Shown: piece by piece, positions 9,008 through 18,442 of the stretch
Numbering within the stretch: the stretch's first letter is position 1
Layout: every line of letters begins with the position of its first letter
Source of the DNA: Gammaproteobacteria bacterium
GTDB lineage: Bacteria > Pseudomonadota > Gammaproteobacteria > JAJFKG01
NCBI GenBank assembly: GCA_021773335.1
Contig: JAJFKG010000032.1
Location: forward strand, 13,506 to 77,505
Reading direction: 5' to 3'
DNA: 64,000 nucleotides
Notes under the pieces: model-generated
What the model was told of the DNA's origin: nothing
The model's input: only the letters and a program-made list of their open reading frames with translations
Database searches by the model: none
Program-made: the position numbers and the translations under genes

Positions 9008-10962
9008 AAGACTCCAATTAATAGCACCAATAAGGTGAGTGCCATATACGTTAAGTAAATGGCTATCTTACCTTGTTGCACCCATTTTGTTAGAGCGACG
9101 ATAAAAAATACGCTATGTCTTAACGGGTCGTAAAATAAAGACCAAATACGTTCTTTAACTTGGGCACTATAATGCGGATTTGTATCCTCTGCTTTTGGCA
9201 GTACAAGTTTGGTTTGGATAAGCTTGGCAAAAATAATTTTGAATGGTTGTGAAAAGCCTTCACTCGTTTCTTGCATGCGTGGGGTCATAACATTAAAGCC
9301 ACAGCCCCATAAACTATTTCTTTGTATGCTCGGCATCGCGTAGCGTCTAATCAACAGAAAGATCAGCATGATCGCCAGAAATATACTGGTTAGTAACAAG
9401 AGTGGTAAAAAGCCATTATGGTAGGCTGCTTGTTGTGGCCACGCTAGGGTGAAAGGCCGTGCCTGTGGCAAATTAAACTGGGTTGAAATACCGCGCAATA
9501 AAGTTTGTAATGTTGTGATGAAAGGCATTGGATAGAGACCGATCAATAGGCTCCAAACTGCAAGCCAAGCCAAGCTGATTCGTTCATACCAACTTGCCGG
9601 CTTGGCGTGGCTTAATTGTGATTCGCGTGCTTGCCCTAAAAAGGCAATACCAAAGTATTTTACGATGACAAAACCGGCTAAGGCGAAAACCAAAACACTA
9701 ATCGCGACAATGACGCTAGAGAGCATGACAAAATCAAGGTGTGCAGTCGCGTTCTGCGCGAAGAAAATACGTAAATAAAGCCATTCAGAGATAAAGCCGC
9801 TGAATAAGGGTAAGCCGGCCATGGATAAGCAACCAATTAAGGCGCAAGCACTTACCCAAGGCATTTTTTGAATGAGGCCCCCCAGTTTACCTAGGTTGCG
9901 TTCACCGGTGGCGTGTAAGATTGAACCGGTGCTTAAAAATAAAAGCGACTTAAACACACTGTGACTCAAGCTATGTAATAAAACAACCAATAATGCGACG
10001 TTAGAGAGCATATATTGTTGGTATTGATATAAAACAATAGCAAACCCTAAACTCACAGCGATAAAACCGATATTCTCCATCGATGAATAGGCTAGTAAAC
10101 GTTTCATATCGGTTTGTAGCGCTGCATGGATAACACCGATCAACATACTTGCTAAACCCATAATGATAAGTGAATAACCCCACCAAGCTTGTTGATATGC
10201 CAGTAACCAGTAGAAGCTAAAGCGTATGAGTCCATAAATAGCCGTTTTAAGCATGATGCCACTCATTAATGCAGATACTGGACTTGGTGCTGCAGGATGG
10301 GCTTCGGGTAACCAAATATGCAAGGGAAATAATCCGGCTTTCGCGCTAAACCCCAAGAGTACTAATACGAAAATACTATTTGCCGATACCTGAGTGAGCG
10401 TTAAACTGCCTAATAAGAAAAACGCGCTGGCAATCCCTAAAAATCCCAAATGAGCGATACCTAAATACAAAAAACCTGCGCGGCGAATTGATTTATCAGC
10501 GTGATGAAATACGACCAAAAAATAGGAACTTAATGTCATCAATTCCCAGGCAAACAAGAAGGTTAACGTATTGCTGGCAGTGAAAACCATTAGCATGGCT
10601 AGAATAAAGATGGGCAAAGCAGTCTGAATCAGTTTTTGTTGCTTTAAGGTGAAGTGTTGAAAATAAGAATGGCTAAAAACGCTGACAGCCATTGTAGAAA
10701 GGCTTAATAGGGCCACGAAAAAACGCGATAATGCATCAAATTGTACGGCAAAAAACAAATGGTCGGGTAATAATTTTATATCAAATGACCAACTGGATGT
10801 GTGTGAATAAAAAACAGCCAGTAAAAATGTCAGTAATGCAGCAAACATTGAGACAAAGCGACAGCTGTTTAATACAGCGCGCTGTGCTGGGAGTACGAAT
10901 GCTGCACAGCCTAAGCCTAACCATATCAATAACATACTGTCGAGTAACACAATAGCGCCCAC
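8998..10962 (-). CDS. HyfB/NuoL/Mrp-antiporter-like membrane subunit
   Basis: 654 aa with WLPEAHPAAPSPVSALMSG and the LLAYSSMENIGF antiporter-subunit motifs. GTG start; an alternative ATG lies 27 nt downstream. Confidence 0.8.
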   Translation of the reverse strand: MGAIVLLDSMLLIWLGLGCAAFVLPAQRAVLNSCRFVSMFAALLTFLLAVFYSHTSSWSFDIKLLPDHLFFAVQFDALSRFFVALLSLSTMAVSVFSHSYFQHFTLKQQKLIQTALPIFILAMLMVFTASNTLTFLFAWELMTLSSYFLVVFHHADKSIRRAGFLYLGIAHLGFLGIASAFFLLGSLTLTQVSANSIFVLVLLGFSAKAGLFPLHIWLPEAHPAAPSPVSALMSGIMLKTAIYGLIRFSFYWLLAYQQAWWGYSLIIMGLASMLIGVIHAALQTDMKRLLAYSSMENIGFIAVSLGFAIVLYQYQQYMLSNVALLVVLLHSLSHSVFKSLLFLSTGSILHATGERNLGKLGGLIQKMPWVSACALIGCLSMAGLPLFSGFISEWLYLRIFFAQNATAHLDFVMLSSVIVAISVLVFALAGFVIVKYFGIAFLGQARESQLSHAKPASWYERISLAWLAVWSLLIGLYPMPFITTLQTLLRGISTQFNLPQARPFTLAWPQQAAYHNGFLPLLLLTSIFLAIMLIFLLIRRYAMPSIQRNSLWGCGFNVMTPRMQETSEGFSQPFKIIFAKLIQTKLVLPKAEDTNPHYSAQVKERIWSLFYDPLRHSVFFIVALTKWVQQGKIAIYLTYMALTLLVLLIGVLWL

Positions 10963-11018
10963 CTTTAAAAGAAGGCGAGCATCATAAACCGCTACAGGGT
11001 AGATGGCAATTGGCAGCC

Positions 11019-11306
11019 CTAATCGTTTAATTCAATTCCGAGCGATTTTAATTTGTTGCATACTTGAGCAGTTGCAGGGAGCGATACGAGTTTTATGCGG
11101 CTTTTTTCACCGCGCACAATATTGATATCTTGTTTTTTCAGTTGCAAAAGCTTAGCAAGAAAGTCGATTAATGCTTGGTTTGCTTTACCCTCGATGGGGG
11201 ATGCTTGCAGACGAATTTTTAAACGCCCATCGTGTTTGCCTGCTAGCGCGGATATTTTCGCCCCTGGCTGGACATAGATTTCGAGTAATGTGTTCATAGC
11301 GTCCAT
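11019..11306 (-). CDS. yggU: DUF167 family protein YggU
   Basis: 95 aa. IYVQPGAKISAL...LKIRLQASPIEGKANQALIDFLAK...IVRGEKSRIK is typical of DUF167. Its start overlaps the addA stop. Confidence 0.8.
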   Translation of the reverse strand: MDAMNTLLEIYVQPGAKISALAGKHDGRLKIRLQASPIEGKANQALIDFLAKLLQLKKQDINIVRGEKSRIKLVSLPATAQVCNKLKSLGIELND

Positions 11307-14300
11307 TCATGCTCCCACTCCACCCACGCTGCATGTAACGGAAAATACAAGCCCAAGCGGATAGGACGTGAGTCTAATTGTTGCATGGCTTGTGCATAAC
11401 GTTGGAGTTGGGCACGGTGCAATTGCTTTTCGCGGGCTAAAAACGTATTTAAGGCTTGGTCATTTAAATGAGAGTCTGTGCCGATAAGTCCACTATGCGC
11501 CGTCTTGTAATCAATGATCCAGCGCACACCATCGGCAACAAAAGTGCGATCGATCACTAAATGCTGTACTTTTTCGTTATGCAGCATGGTTACGGCATAT
11601 TCGGTGTATGCTTCTTGATGCTGATTATCAAGAATCCAACGCCCGCGTTCATCATGCGTTACGCGATGTAAAGTTTCACTGCTGATGAGCAGTGCCGCGG
11701 CGATGTCGTTTTCAGACATACCTAATAAACATAATTGCACACGCCAGTGTGCCTGGCGTTCGGCGATCGGTATGGCGAACCAAGCGCCAACCCCGATGTT
11801 AGCAATATGCTGTAATTGTTGGTGGATAAAGGTCCCTAAAAGACGCTTGTTAGGTAGACATTTGTTAGGTTCAGGGGTCGTACACGCAACCAAGCTAGAC
11901 ATCTCGTCAGATGCTGGTTGTGCGTATTTGGTAATCAATGTTTGTAAGCGTTGCGGATGGTTTTTGCCGCTGCTAACTGCTTCAGGTGTTTCAATATTAA
12001 TATCGAGAGTGCCGCGTAAGCGTGCAAAACGTCCCGTTTTTACTGATGAAGATGATGCCGTCGGTAATTTTGCTATTGTCTCATCGTCTTTCACGCTTGA
12101 GACAAAGTCCGCGGCACAACTCGACCACAATTGTGCGAGCAAGCTTCTTTTGCCGGGTTTTATTGGTGTTACATCTTCATCAAAACGCATAGACGCCAAT
12201 AAATATAAACGCTGTTTAGCACGTGTTAGGGCGACGTATAACAAACGACTCATCTCATGTTGTGCTTTCGTGTTTTCTTCACGTTGCAAATAACGATAAA
12301 TCGCATCGTGTTTTTCGTGAAAGGCTTTCATCGGTGCCAATAATAAATCTGGTTCGCCACGACCACTGGGGTATTCTAACCAACGTAATAAGGGATTGCT
12401 ATCCGCGGCAGAGGCCAATTCTAAACACGGGATAATCACATGATCGAACTCTAAGCCCTTAGATTTGTGGATCGTCATAACTTGTACGGGCGCTTGTGTG
12501 CTATCTTCCACGCTTTTAGGTTTGGCAAACAAATCGCGTAAGCGATCCTCAAGCAAACGAAAATCGATGCAATCACCACCAATATCTAGCTCTGCTAATA
12601 AGGCGAAGAATGTCGCGGCATTGTCGATATCACTGGCATCACTTAAGCATGCTGGCCCGCCCAATGCTAGCCACACACCTTCGATCCATTGTGCTAAGGG
12701 TTTACGGTAACGTTCGGCCAAGCTTGCCAAAATAACTGGCAAAACACGCCGTAATTGTGTTTGCCCAGTATGACTGAGTGACTCAATAATGTGTGTCTCA
12801 CGTAAATTATCCAATAAACAATGCTCAGCCGGTTGTGCTAAAACATGTAAATCAGCCAGGCTCAACGCACACCAAGGAGCGCGTAAGATAGCAAGCCAAG
12901 CTGTACGATCGGCAGGGTGTAATAGTGCACGAGTGAGTGCGACCAAATCACGAATCACAGCGCGGACTTGCAAGCTTTCAATATCGTGTGCTTGATAGGC
13001 AATGCTTGCTTGCTGCAGGGCCGGTAATACATAGCTTAAATGGCTGCGTGCGCGTACTAACACAGCAATCGACGTTTGCGGATCATACTGTTGTGCTTGC
13101 TGTATTTGCGTGACGATATATGCACCTTGTTGTACGGCATTATCGTCATTTTGAGCGTCAAAACCTGATAATTCTACCGCCGCAGTCGCGTCGCTTGCGC
13201 CTTTAAATGCAATGGCAGGGGTATACGCAACCGCACCACAACGCATGTCTTCTTGCTGCGGAAATACGTCGGTAAACGTATCATTAAACCACGTTACTAA
13301 TGCTGCTTGCGAACGGAAGTTGACTTGTAAGGTGAGCGCTTGCAAATGCACATCACCAATGCCCTGTTGGCGCGCTTGTAAAAATAAACCGACTTCGGCT
13401 TCGCGAAAGCGATAGATCGATTGCATCGGATCACCCACTAAAAAAAGCGTGCGTCCATCGCCACTGTGCCAATCGTGAGTTAAGCGTTCAAGCAAACGAA
13501 ATTGCGATGCTGACGTATCTTGAAATTCATCCACCAACACATGCTGAATACGATAATCCAAACTCAAGCCCAGTTCGGTAGGTTGTTCGGGCGCACCCAA
13601 GGCAAGCAAAGCTGCTTGTGCAATTTCACTGAAATCGCATTGACTTTGTTGTTGGAAAATGACTTTTAATTGTGCAGCGGCAATAGGTAGCAATTCGATC
13701 AACGCTGCGAGCACTTGCCATTGATCATCGCGATAATGGCTCGGTGGGGCTTGTGCGAGATCGTGCAGGGCATTATGCAACTCTGGCAATGCGCGCAAAT
13801 GTGCCAACAAATCCAGCATACGTTTTTTTAAGCGCTTGGCTTGTTCACTATCTACTTCATCGATAATGGTACTGGCAGCAGGAAAGCCCGTGTTTTTATT
13901 AACCGTCTTGCGCCATTGTCCATCTTTGGTCAGCAAGAGTTCACATAACCATCGCCAATCCTCGGTCGATTCTAATTGTGTATTAAATTCTCTGTCTAGA
14001 TTGTTCGCAGCAAAATTCGCTAACAAAGTAAGTTCGGCAAGTAACTCACCATCGAGCTGCCGTTGTAGCGCTTGAATTTTTTCCAAGACAATTTGCTGCA
14101 AAGTGTTCTCTAATTGCGCACGCAATTTTTCACTATCAAAACGCTGATGTTGGTGGGCATTCATAATGTGGGGCAACCATTGATCACGCCGCGCCAACAT
14201 CGCGGTCAACAAATCGATCAAGGTTTGCAAACGATTGTCGAGGTGCATAAGTAAGGTTTCAATCGCAGCTGGATTGAGTAAATTTAATGCTGACTCATCT

Positions 14301-14836
14301 TCTTCCAACAAACTGACGACATTGGTGGCAGCAGCGTGATAGGCCACATTGGGATCAACCATGATTTCTGGCGTTGGCCCCAAGCGTGACAGGGTTGGCA
14401 TTTGCCGGGTGATACTGGCACATAAAGCGTCAATCGTTTGGATGCGCAAACGATTGGGGGTATTGAGCAAACCCCAGTTGAATGCTTGGTCTCGTTGCAC
14501 GACTTGTTTAGCAAGTTGCCAAGTGGCGCGTTCGTAATCATTGTCGGGTTCGGCAGCGTGTTGCGCTTTTTGCAAAGCGGCCATGATGCGTTGGCGCATT
14601 TCGCCCGCGGCTTTGCGAGTGAAGGTCAGGGCAATGATTTCTTCGGGTTGGTTCACCGCTTGGCCAAGCAAAACCAAAAAGCGCCGAGTGAGTAATTCGG
14701 TTTTGCCGGAGCCAGCGGGGGCTTGCACGATGAAAGAATCTTGGGTGTCGAGTGCTCGTTCTCGTTGTGCTTGATCAGCGATAGCTTGCGTGGCGATTGT
14801 TTGTTTGACGATACTGGGGTTTGTGTTATTCATCAT
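11294..14836 (-). CDS. addA: AddA-type UvrD/Rep helicase with C-terminal PD-(D/E)XK nuclease domain
   Basis: Walker A VQAPAGSGKTELLT, helicase motifs LVDEFQDTS and VMTIHKSKGLEF, and a C-terminal IIDYKT nuclease motif. The start was placed at ATGATG (14836), overlapping the addB stop. Confidence 0.85.
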   Translation of the reverse strand: MMNNTNPSIVKQTIATQAIADQAQRERALDTQDSFIVQAPAGSGKTELLTRRFLVLLGQAVNQPEEIIALTFTRKAAGEMRQRIMAALQKAQHAAEPDNDYERATWQLAKQVVQRDQAFNWGLLNTPNRLRIQTIDALCASITRQMPTLSRLGPTPEIMVDPNVAYHAAATNVVSLLEEDESALNLLNPAAIETLLMHLDNRLQTLIDLLTAMLARRDQWLPHIMNAHQHQRFDSEKLRAQLENTLQQIVLEKIQALQRQLDGELLAELTLLANFAANNLDREFNTQLESTEDWRWLCELLLTKDGQWRKTVNKNTGFPAASTIIDEVDSEQAKRLKKRMLDLLAHLRALPELHNALHDLAQAPPSHYRDDQWQVLAALIELLPIAAAQLKVIFQQQSQCDFSEIAQAALLALGAPEQPTELGLSLDYRIQHVLVDEFQDTSASQFRLLERLTHDWHSGDGRTLFLVGDPMQSIYRFREAEVGLFLQARQQGIGDVHLQALTLQVNFRSQAALVTWFNDTFTDVFPQQEDMRCGAVAYTPAIAFKGASDATAAVELSGFDAQNDDNAVQQGAYIVTQIQQAQQYDPQTSIAVLVRARSHLSYVLPALQQASIAYQAHDIESLQVRAVIRDLVALTRALLHPADRTAWLAILRAPWCALSLADLHVLAQPAEHCLLDNLRETHIIESLSHTGQTQLRRVLPVILASLAERYRKPLAQWIEGVWLALGGPACLSDASDIDNAATFFALLAELDIGGDCIDFRLLEDRLRDLFAKPKSVEDSTQAPVQVMTIHKSKGLEFDHVIIPCLELASAADSNPLLRWLEYPSGRGEPDLLLAPMKAFHEKHDAIYRYLQREENTKAQHEMSRLLYVALTRAKQRLYLLASMRFDEDVTPIKPGKRSLLAQLWSSCAADFVSSVKDDETIAKLPTASSSSVKTGRFARLRGTLDINIETPEAVSSGKNHPQRLQTLITKYAQPASDEMSSLVACTTPEPNKCLPNKRLLGTFIHQQLQHIANIGVGAWFAIPIAERQAHWRVQLCLLGMSENDIAAALLISSETLHRVTHDERGRWILDNQHQEAYTEYAVTMLHNEKVQHLVIDRTFVADGVRWIIDYKTAHSGLIGTDSHLNDQALNTFLAREKQLHRAQLQRYAQAMQQLDSRPIRLGLYFPLHAAWVEWEHEWTL

Positions 14837-17528
14837 CAACTCGGCATAAACTGTGTAGTTCACAATATTGGCAAGTGATACCCGGAATTTTGGGGGCCAC
14901 CTGGGCATCACCGGCTTGGAACTTGTGACTCAATGTCATCAAGCTGGTGCGCCAGAGTTGTTTTTGTTCAGGCCATGTTTGTGCGGCATAACCATTATTT
15001 AATGTATCGACCGTCTGTGTGCCGGGTAATTGATCCGCCACACAGGTGATACCTTTATAACGCATGTCATCGGCACGCACTTGGGCAAACGCAATTCCAT
15101 TGATCGCTTGTTCATGTGTGACACAATATAAAGGCAATTGCGGATCGTCAGGGCGATCACCAAACCATGCGTTGGGGCTAGGCTTGCCAGTTTTGTAATC
15201 AATAATGATATTTGAGCCATCAGCTAGCGTATCGAGCCGGTCGATCTTCATGTGAAACTCAATTCCCGCGAATTCACTTTCGTGCCAGCTTTCGATACTG
15301 GTGACGGTAAATGATTGTCGACTTTTTTCTTTATCTAACCAATCAGTTACTAAGTTTATTAAACGTTGTTTCTCAAGTTGAATAAAGCGTTTAGGTAAGC
15401 GTTTGTTAACACGTTTCGCGAGATTATTGATGGCTTGTTGTGCAGATTGTTCGAGTAGCGAGTGCAATTCATCGCCGCTTTTGGTGAGCAGAGTTTGTTG
15501 ATCACTGAGTTCACGCCACACCAGCTCTAAGAGATCATGAACGAGAATGCCACGATCAAGTGCCGCCAAACCGAGTTCAGGTTCAGGTAAACTTTCTGCA
15601 TGTAAGCGGAATTCGGCAAAGGCACGAAACGCGCACGCTGCCTGTTGTTTGAAGATCGCGCTGCCACCCGAAATGTGTTCATTTTTAGTCACGGCTGGTG
15701 CTTGTTCATCATCAAACCATTCAAGCTGTGTGTTGCTATTGGTAAACAATTGTGACGCTAATGATTGGGTGGGAAGATCGATGACTTGGCTGATGTCTAT
15801 TTCTGGAAATTGCGCAATCAATGGGCTTGCCAATTGAGCTTGATCACCGTCTTGTTGCGCATAACTGAGCATGACTTGGTTAGCACTTTGTCTGAGGCGC
15901 TGCAAACTGAGTTCACTAAATTGACATTCACGTTCGGCACTGGCATGTGGCATGCCTAAACGCCGTTGGCTTGTTAAGGGAATAAAGGGGTTAGCATTGG
16001 GTGCAGGTGGCCAGTGTTGTTCATCCAGCCCCATGATCCATAAATGCTCGAAACGTAAACCAGCCGTTTCTAAGATACCCAACACTTGAATCGGTGGTTC
16101 TTGGGTGGTTTCTTCTTGGAAGAGGGTGCTTTGTGCCAAGTGTCGCAAATGGTGTAAGGCGTATTGCGCGACCATTGCGCTTTGCACTTGATCGATGCGG
16201 CCACCTTCTTCACACAGTGTAAGAAAACGCGCTATTTGTTGGTGTTCGCTGCTGTTTAAAGAGCGATCGCCAGGCCAGCCGGCAACAATGAGTAATTGTT
16301 GGAAATAATCACACCAATAGACAAATGATTGCTGTTCTTGATAATGAATGTTTTGCTTTAACTTTATCTCATAAATTTGTTGAAGAGTGTCTTTTAATGA
16401 ATTGTTATTTTTAATTTTATTTAATATCTCAAGTAGATTCTTAAGTGTGTATTCAGAGGCGCCGAGGTAGCGTAACTCCCTATCGAGTTGCGCACGCTGA
16501 GTAAATTCGATGGCACCGCGCGCGAGGTAGGGAGAGCGTAACAAATAACCGAGCTCACTATAGCTAAGGTAGGAAATGCTTAATTTGATGAGTAAAAGAG
16601 CGCAATGTACCAGAGGATAATTGGCGAGAGCCTTACCACCGGAAAGGTTAAATAGGTGTTGCGCGCTGCTGTGGCCGGGTAAGTTCGCTCGCGGATAAAA
16701 CACTTTGTTGAATATAGCTTCAACTTGCGGCCGAATTTGATGCAAGTTGGGGACGACACACGCAATAGTGTCGGCTTGATTCTGCGGCCAAGTTTGCTTA
16801 GCCCAATGCGCCATTGCTGTGATTTCATCTTCACTGTTGGCAAAGCTAACACGCCGCGTTTTAGCGGCGGGGGATGTTTGTTCGAAAACATCAACTTTGC
16901 AGCCATTTGCTTCGATATGTTGAATAAGCTGGACTATTTGGGGGTTAATTTCGTCAAAGCCGACGAAGGTAATTGCCTCTGGTAACGTCAGTTTACGCTG
17001 TTCCAATTGTGCCATTAAATAATCAGGAAGGCTGGCTTGATCGATCCAAGCGTGTTGTGCGCAAGTCTCACGATAAGTGTGTGACCAGTTTAAAAAGGTT
17101 TGGCAATCTTCGCTTTGATTGATAGCTGAGTTTGGATCGCTGTCTAAATATGCCAGTAATTGCCATTGGTAACACAATTGCCAGGCTTGTTGTGCCAATT
17201 GTGCAGTTGCTGCAACGTTTAGCAACGCTTGGTCGTGATGGGTATTTTGAATAATTTGTTGCCAAAGATGTAACGCTTGTTGTTCATTTAACAACAATGA
17301 TGGAGGCGCGTGGTTAGACTCCACAGTATTTGGATTTAGTGTTTGTTGATAAAGTACAGTGCACCAAGTGTTAAAGGCAAGAATGTTTGTACTTGGCCAT
17401 ACTGTTTGTAAATGGGTTTGTTGCTCATGTTCATAGACTTGCGTGAGATAGGTCACCAAACGTTGGTTAACGGTGATGATCGTGTGCGTGCCAGAAAGTT
17501 GTGAGAATAATTGTTTATACATTGGCAA
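14826..17528 (-). CDS. addB: AddB-type PD-(D/E)XK nuclease subunit (inactive-helicase-like N-terminus, Fe-S Cys cluster at C-terminus)
   Basis: 900 aa. C-terminal IIIDYKTGK and CQYCELHSLC. It lies immediately upstream of addA and overlaps it. Confidence 0.75.
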   Translation of the reverse strand: MPMYKQLFSQLSGTHTIITVNQRLVTYLTQVYEHEQQTHLQTVWPSTNILAFNTWCTVLYQQTLNPNTVESNHAPPSLLLNEQQALHLWQQIIQNTHHDQALLNVAATAQLAQQAWQLCYQWQLLAYLDSDPNSAINQSEDCQTFLNWSHTYRETCAQHAWIDQASLPDYLMAQLEQRKLTLPEAITFVGFDEINPQIVQLIQHIEANGCKVDVFEQTSPAAKTRRVSFANSEDEITAMAHWAKQTWPQNQADTIACVVPNLHQIRPQVEAIFNKVFYPRANLPGHSSAQHLFNLSGGKALANYPLVHCALLLIKLSISYLSYSELGYLLRSPYLARGAIEFTQRAQLDRELRYLGASEYTLKNLLEILNKIKNNNSLKDTLQQIYEIKLKQNIHYQEQQSFVYWCDYFQQLLIVAGWPGDRSLNSSEHQQIARFLTLCEEGGRIDQVQSAMVAQYALHHLRHLAQSTLFQEETTQEPPIQVLGILETAGLRFEHLWIMGLDEQHWPPAPNANPFIPLTSQRRLGMPHASAERECQFSELSLQRLRQSANQVMLSYAQQDGDQAQLASPLIAQFPEIDISQVIDLPTQSLASQLFTNSNTQLEWFDDEQAPAVTKNEHISGGSAIFKQQAACAFRAFAEFRLHAESLPEPELGLAALDRGILVHDLLELVWRELSDQQTLLTKSGDELHSLLEQSAQQAINNLAKRVNKRLPKRFIQLEKQRLINLVTDWLDKEKSRQSFTVTSIESWHESEFAGIEFHMKIDRLDTLADGSNIIIDYKTGKPSPNAWFGDRPDDPQLPLYCVTHEQAINGIAFAQVRADDMRYKGITCVADQLPGTQTVDTLNNGYAAQTWPEQKQLWRTSLMTLSHKFQAGDAQVAPKIPGITCQYCELHSLCRVDDE

Positions 17529-17639
17529 TGTTCGCTACTAAATGTGGCAGTTTATGTCTACTTGGATATGACTTTGTAGGCATAGTGATTATTTCACAAA
17601 AAACTGTTGACAAGATTTTTTATTTACTGTTTTGTTCAT

Positions 17640-18225
17640 GTGAGTTGTGCACAGGTCGCGTTTCGTAATTTTTAGTCCTTGTCAAGCGTTTGATAACGTA
17701 AACATGTCATTTATTGTTATGCGGTATTGCGATTAACTTACTGATAGTTGGATTTTTTTATCGTAAGTTTATTTCCTGCGCAATGCTCTGTTTACGAGAG
17801 TTCTTGTGCCTTAGCGGCGTATTCTAACGAACTCTTCACAGAGATATCCACAGAAATTGTGGGTAAGATTTTTTGTGATCGATAACAAGCTCTTATCGTA
17901 GACTACCTCTAACCCTACATTCGGTGATGATTTGAACTGCTATTAAACAAGATAATTTTCACTAAATACGTCTTGACAAAAATATCGGGCCCGTGTTTCA
18001 CACCCACAAAGTTGTGCACAAGCTAGTACAAACTTTAAGTACGTATTGAAGTGTTTTATGGCGCTTGTCACGCTCACCAACAAAGCTTTGCAACTTATTG
18101 ATTAATATGAAAATAAAAGGGAGGGCATTTTGTATTCAATCTAACTCAATGCTAGAAAAAACGCTACTCGGGGCCGTGTTTTTACGACTTACCCACAAAC
18201 TTATCCACAGAAATTGTGGGTATTT
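17640..18225. promoter_or_regulatory. Cluster of DnaA-box-like 9-mers in a 914 bp AT-rich non-coding region (candidate oriC or DnaA-regulated locus)
   Basis: TTATCCACA at 18201-18209 is a perfect box. One-mismatch boxes: ATATCCACA 17844-17852, TTACCCACA 18189-18197, and the reverse complement of 17858-17866. Weaker TTGTGCACA occurs at 17645 and 18012. Two repeated modules are present (17985-18020 vs 18168-18209; 17841-17866 vs 18198-18224). Confidence 0.45.
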
Positions 18226-18442
18226 TTAGTTTACACGGCAGAAACAAGTAGTTAGCGATGATTGCTTATTTTTTACCGCGACAAAATTGCTTAAACGTTA
18301 AGCTGATACGAGTTGATTTTGCGCCCGTTTAACCCAAAATTTTTGTACGTGACTTATCAAAATGAAGCCCCTAAACTGCATCACAAGGTGGCACAGGGTT
18401 TGCGTTTTTGATTTCAATGTTTAACGGGCAAGGATTACCAAT

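Noticed and set aside
3886-10962. Annotating the cluster as a functional hydrogenase-4 or formate hydrogenlyase (hyfBCEFGI).
   Set aside because: The large-subunit homologue lacks both CxxC NiFe-binding pairs. No HyfA/HyfH ferredoxin-type subunit, formate dehydrogenase or maturation genes accompany it. Only the family relationship is supported, not the enzymatic activity.
17529-18442. Structured RNA gene (tmRNA, RNase P RNA, 6S RNA) or tRNA in the long non-coding gap.
   Set aside because: I could not find the conserved 5'/3' acceptor pairing, a tag-peptide reading frame, or characteristic conserved helices by eye. The region is dominated by A/T-rich sequence and DnaA-box-like repeats. A covariance-model scan would be needed to exclude an sRNA.
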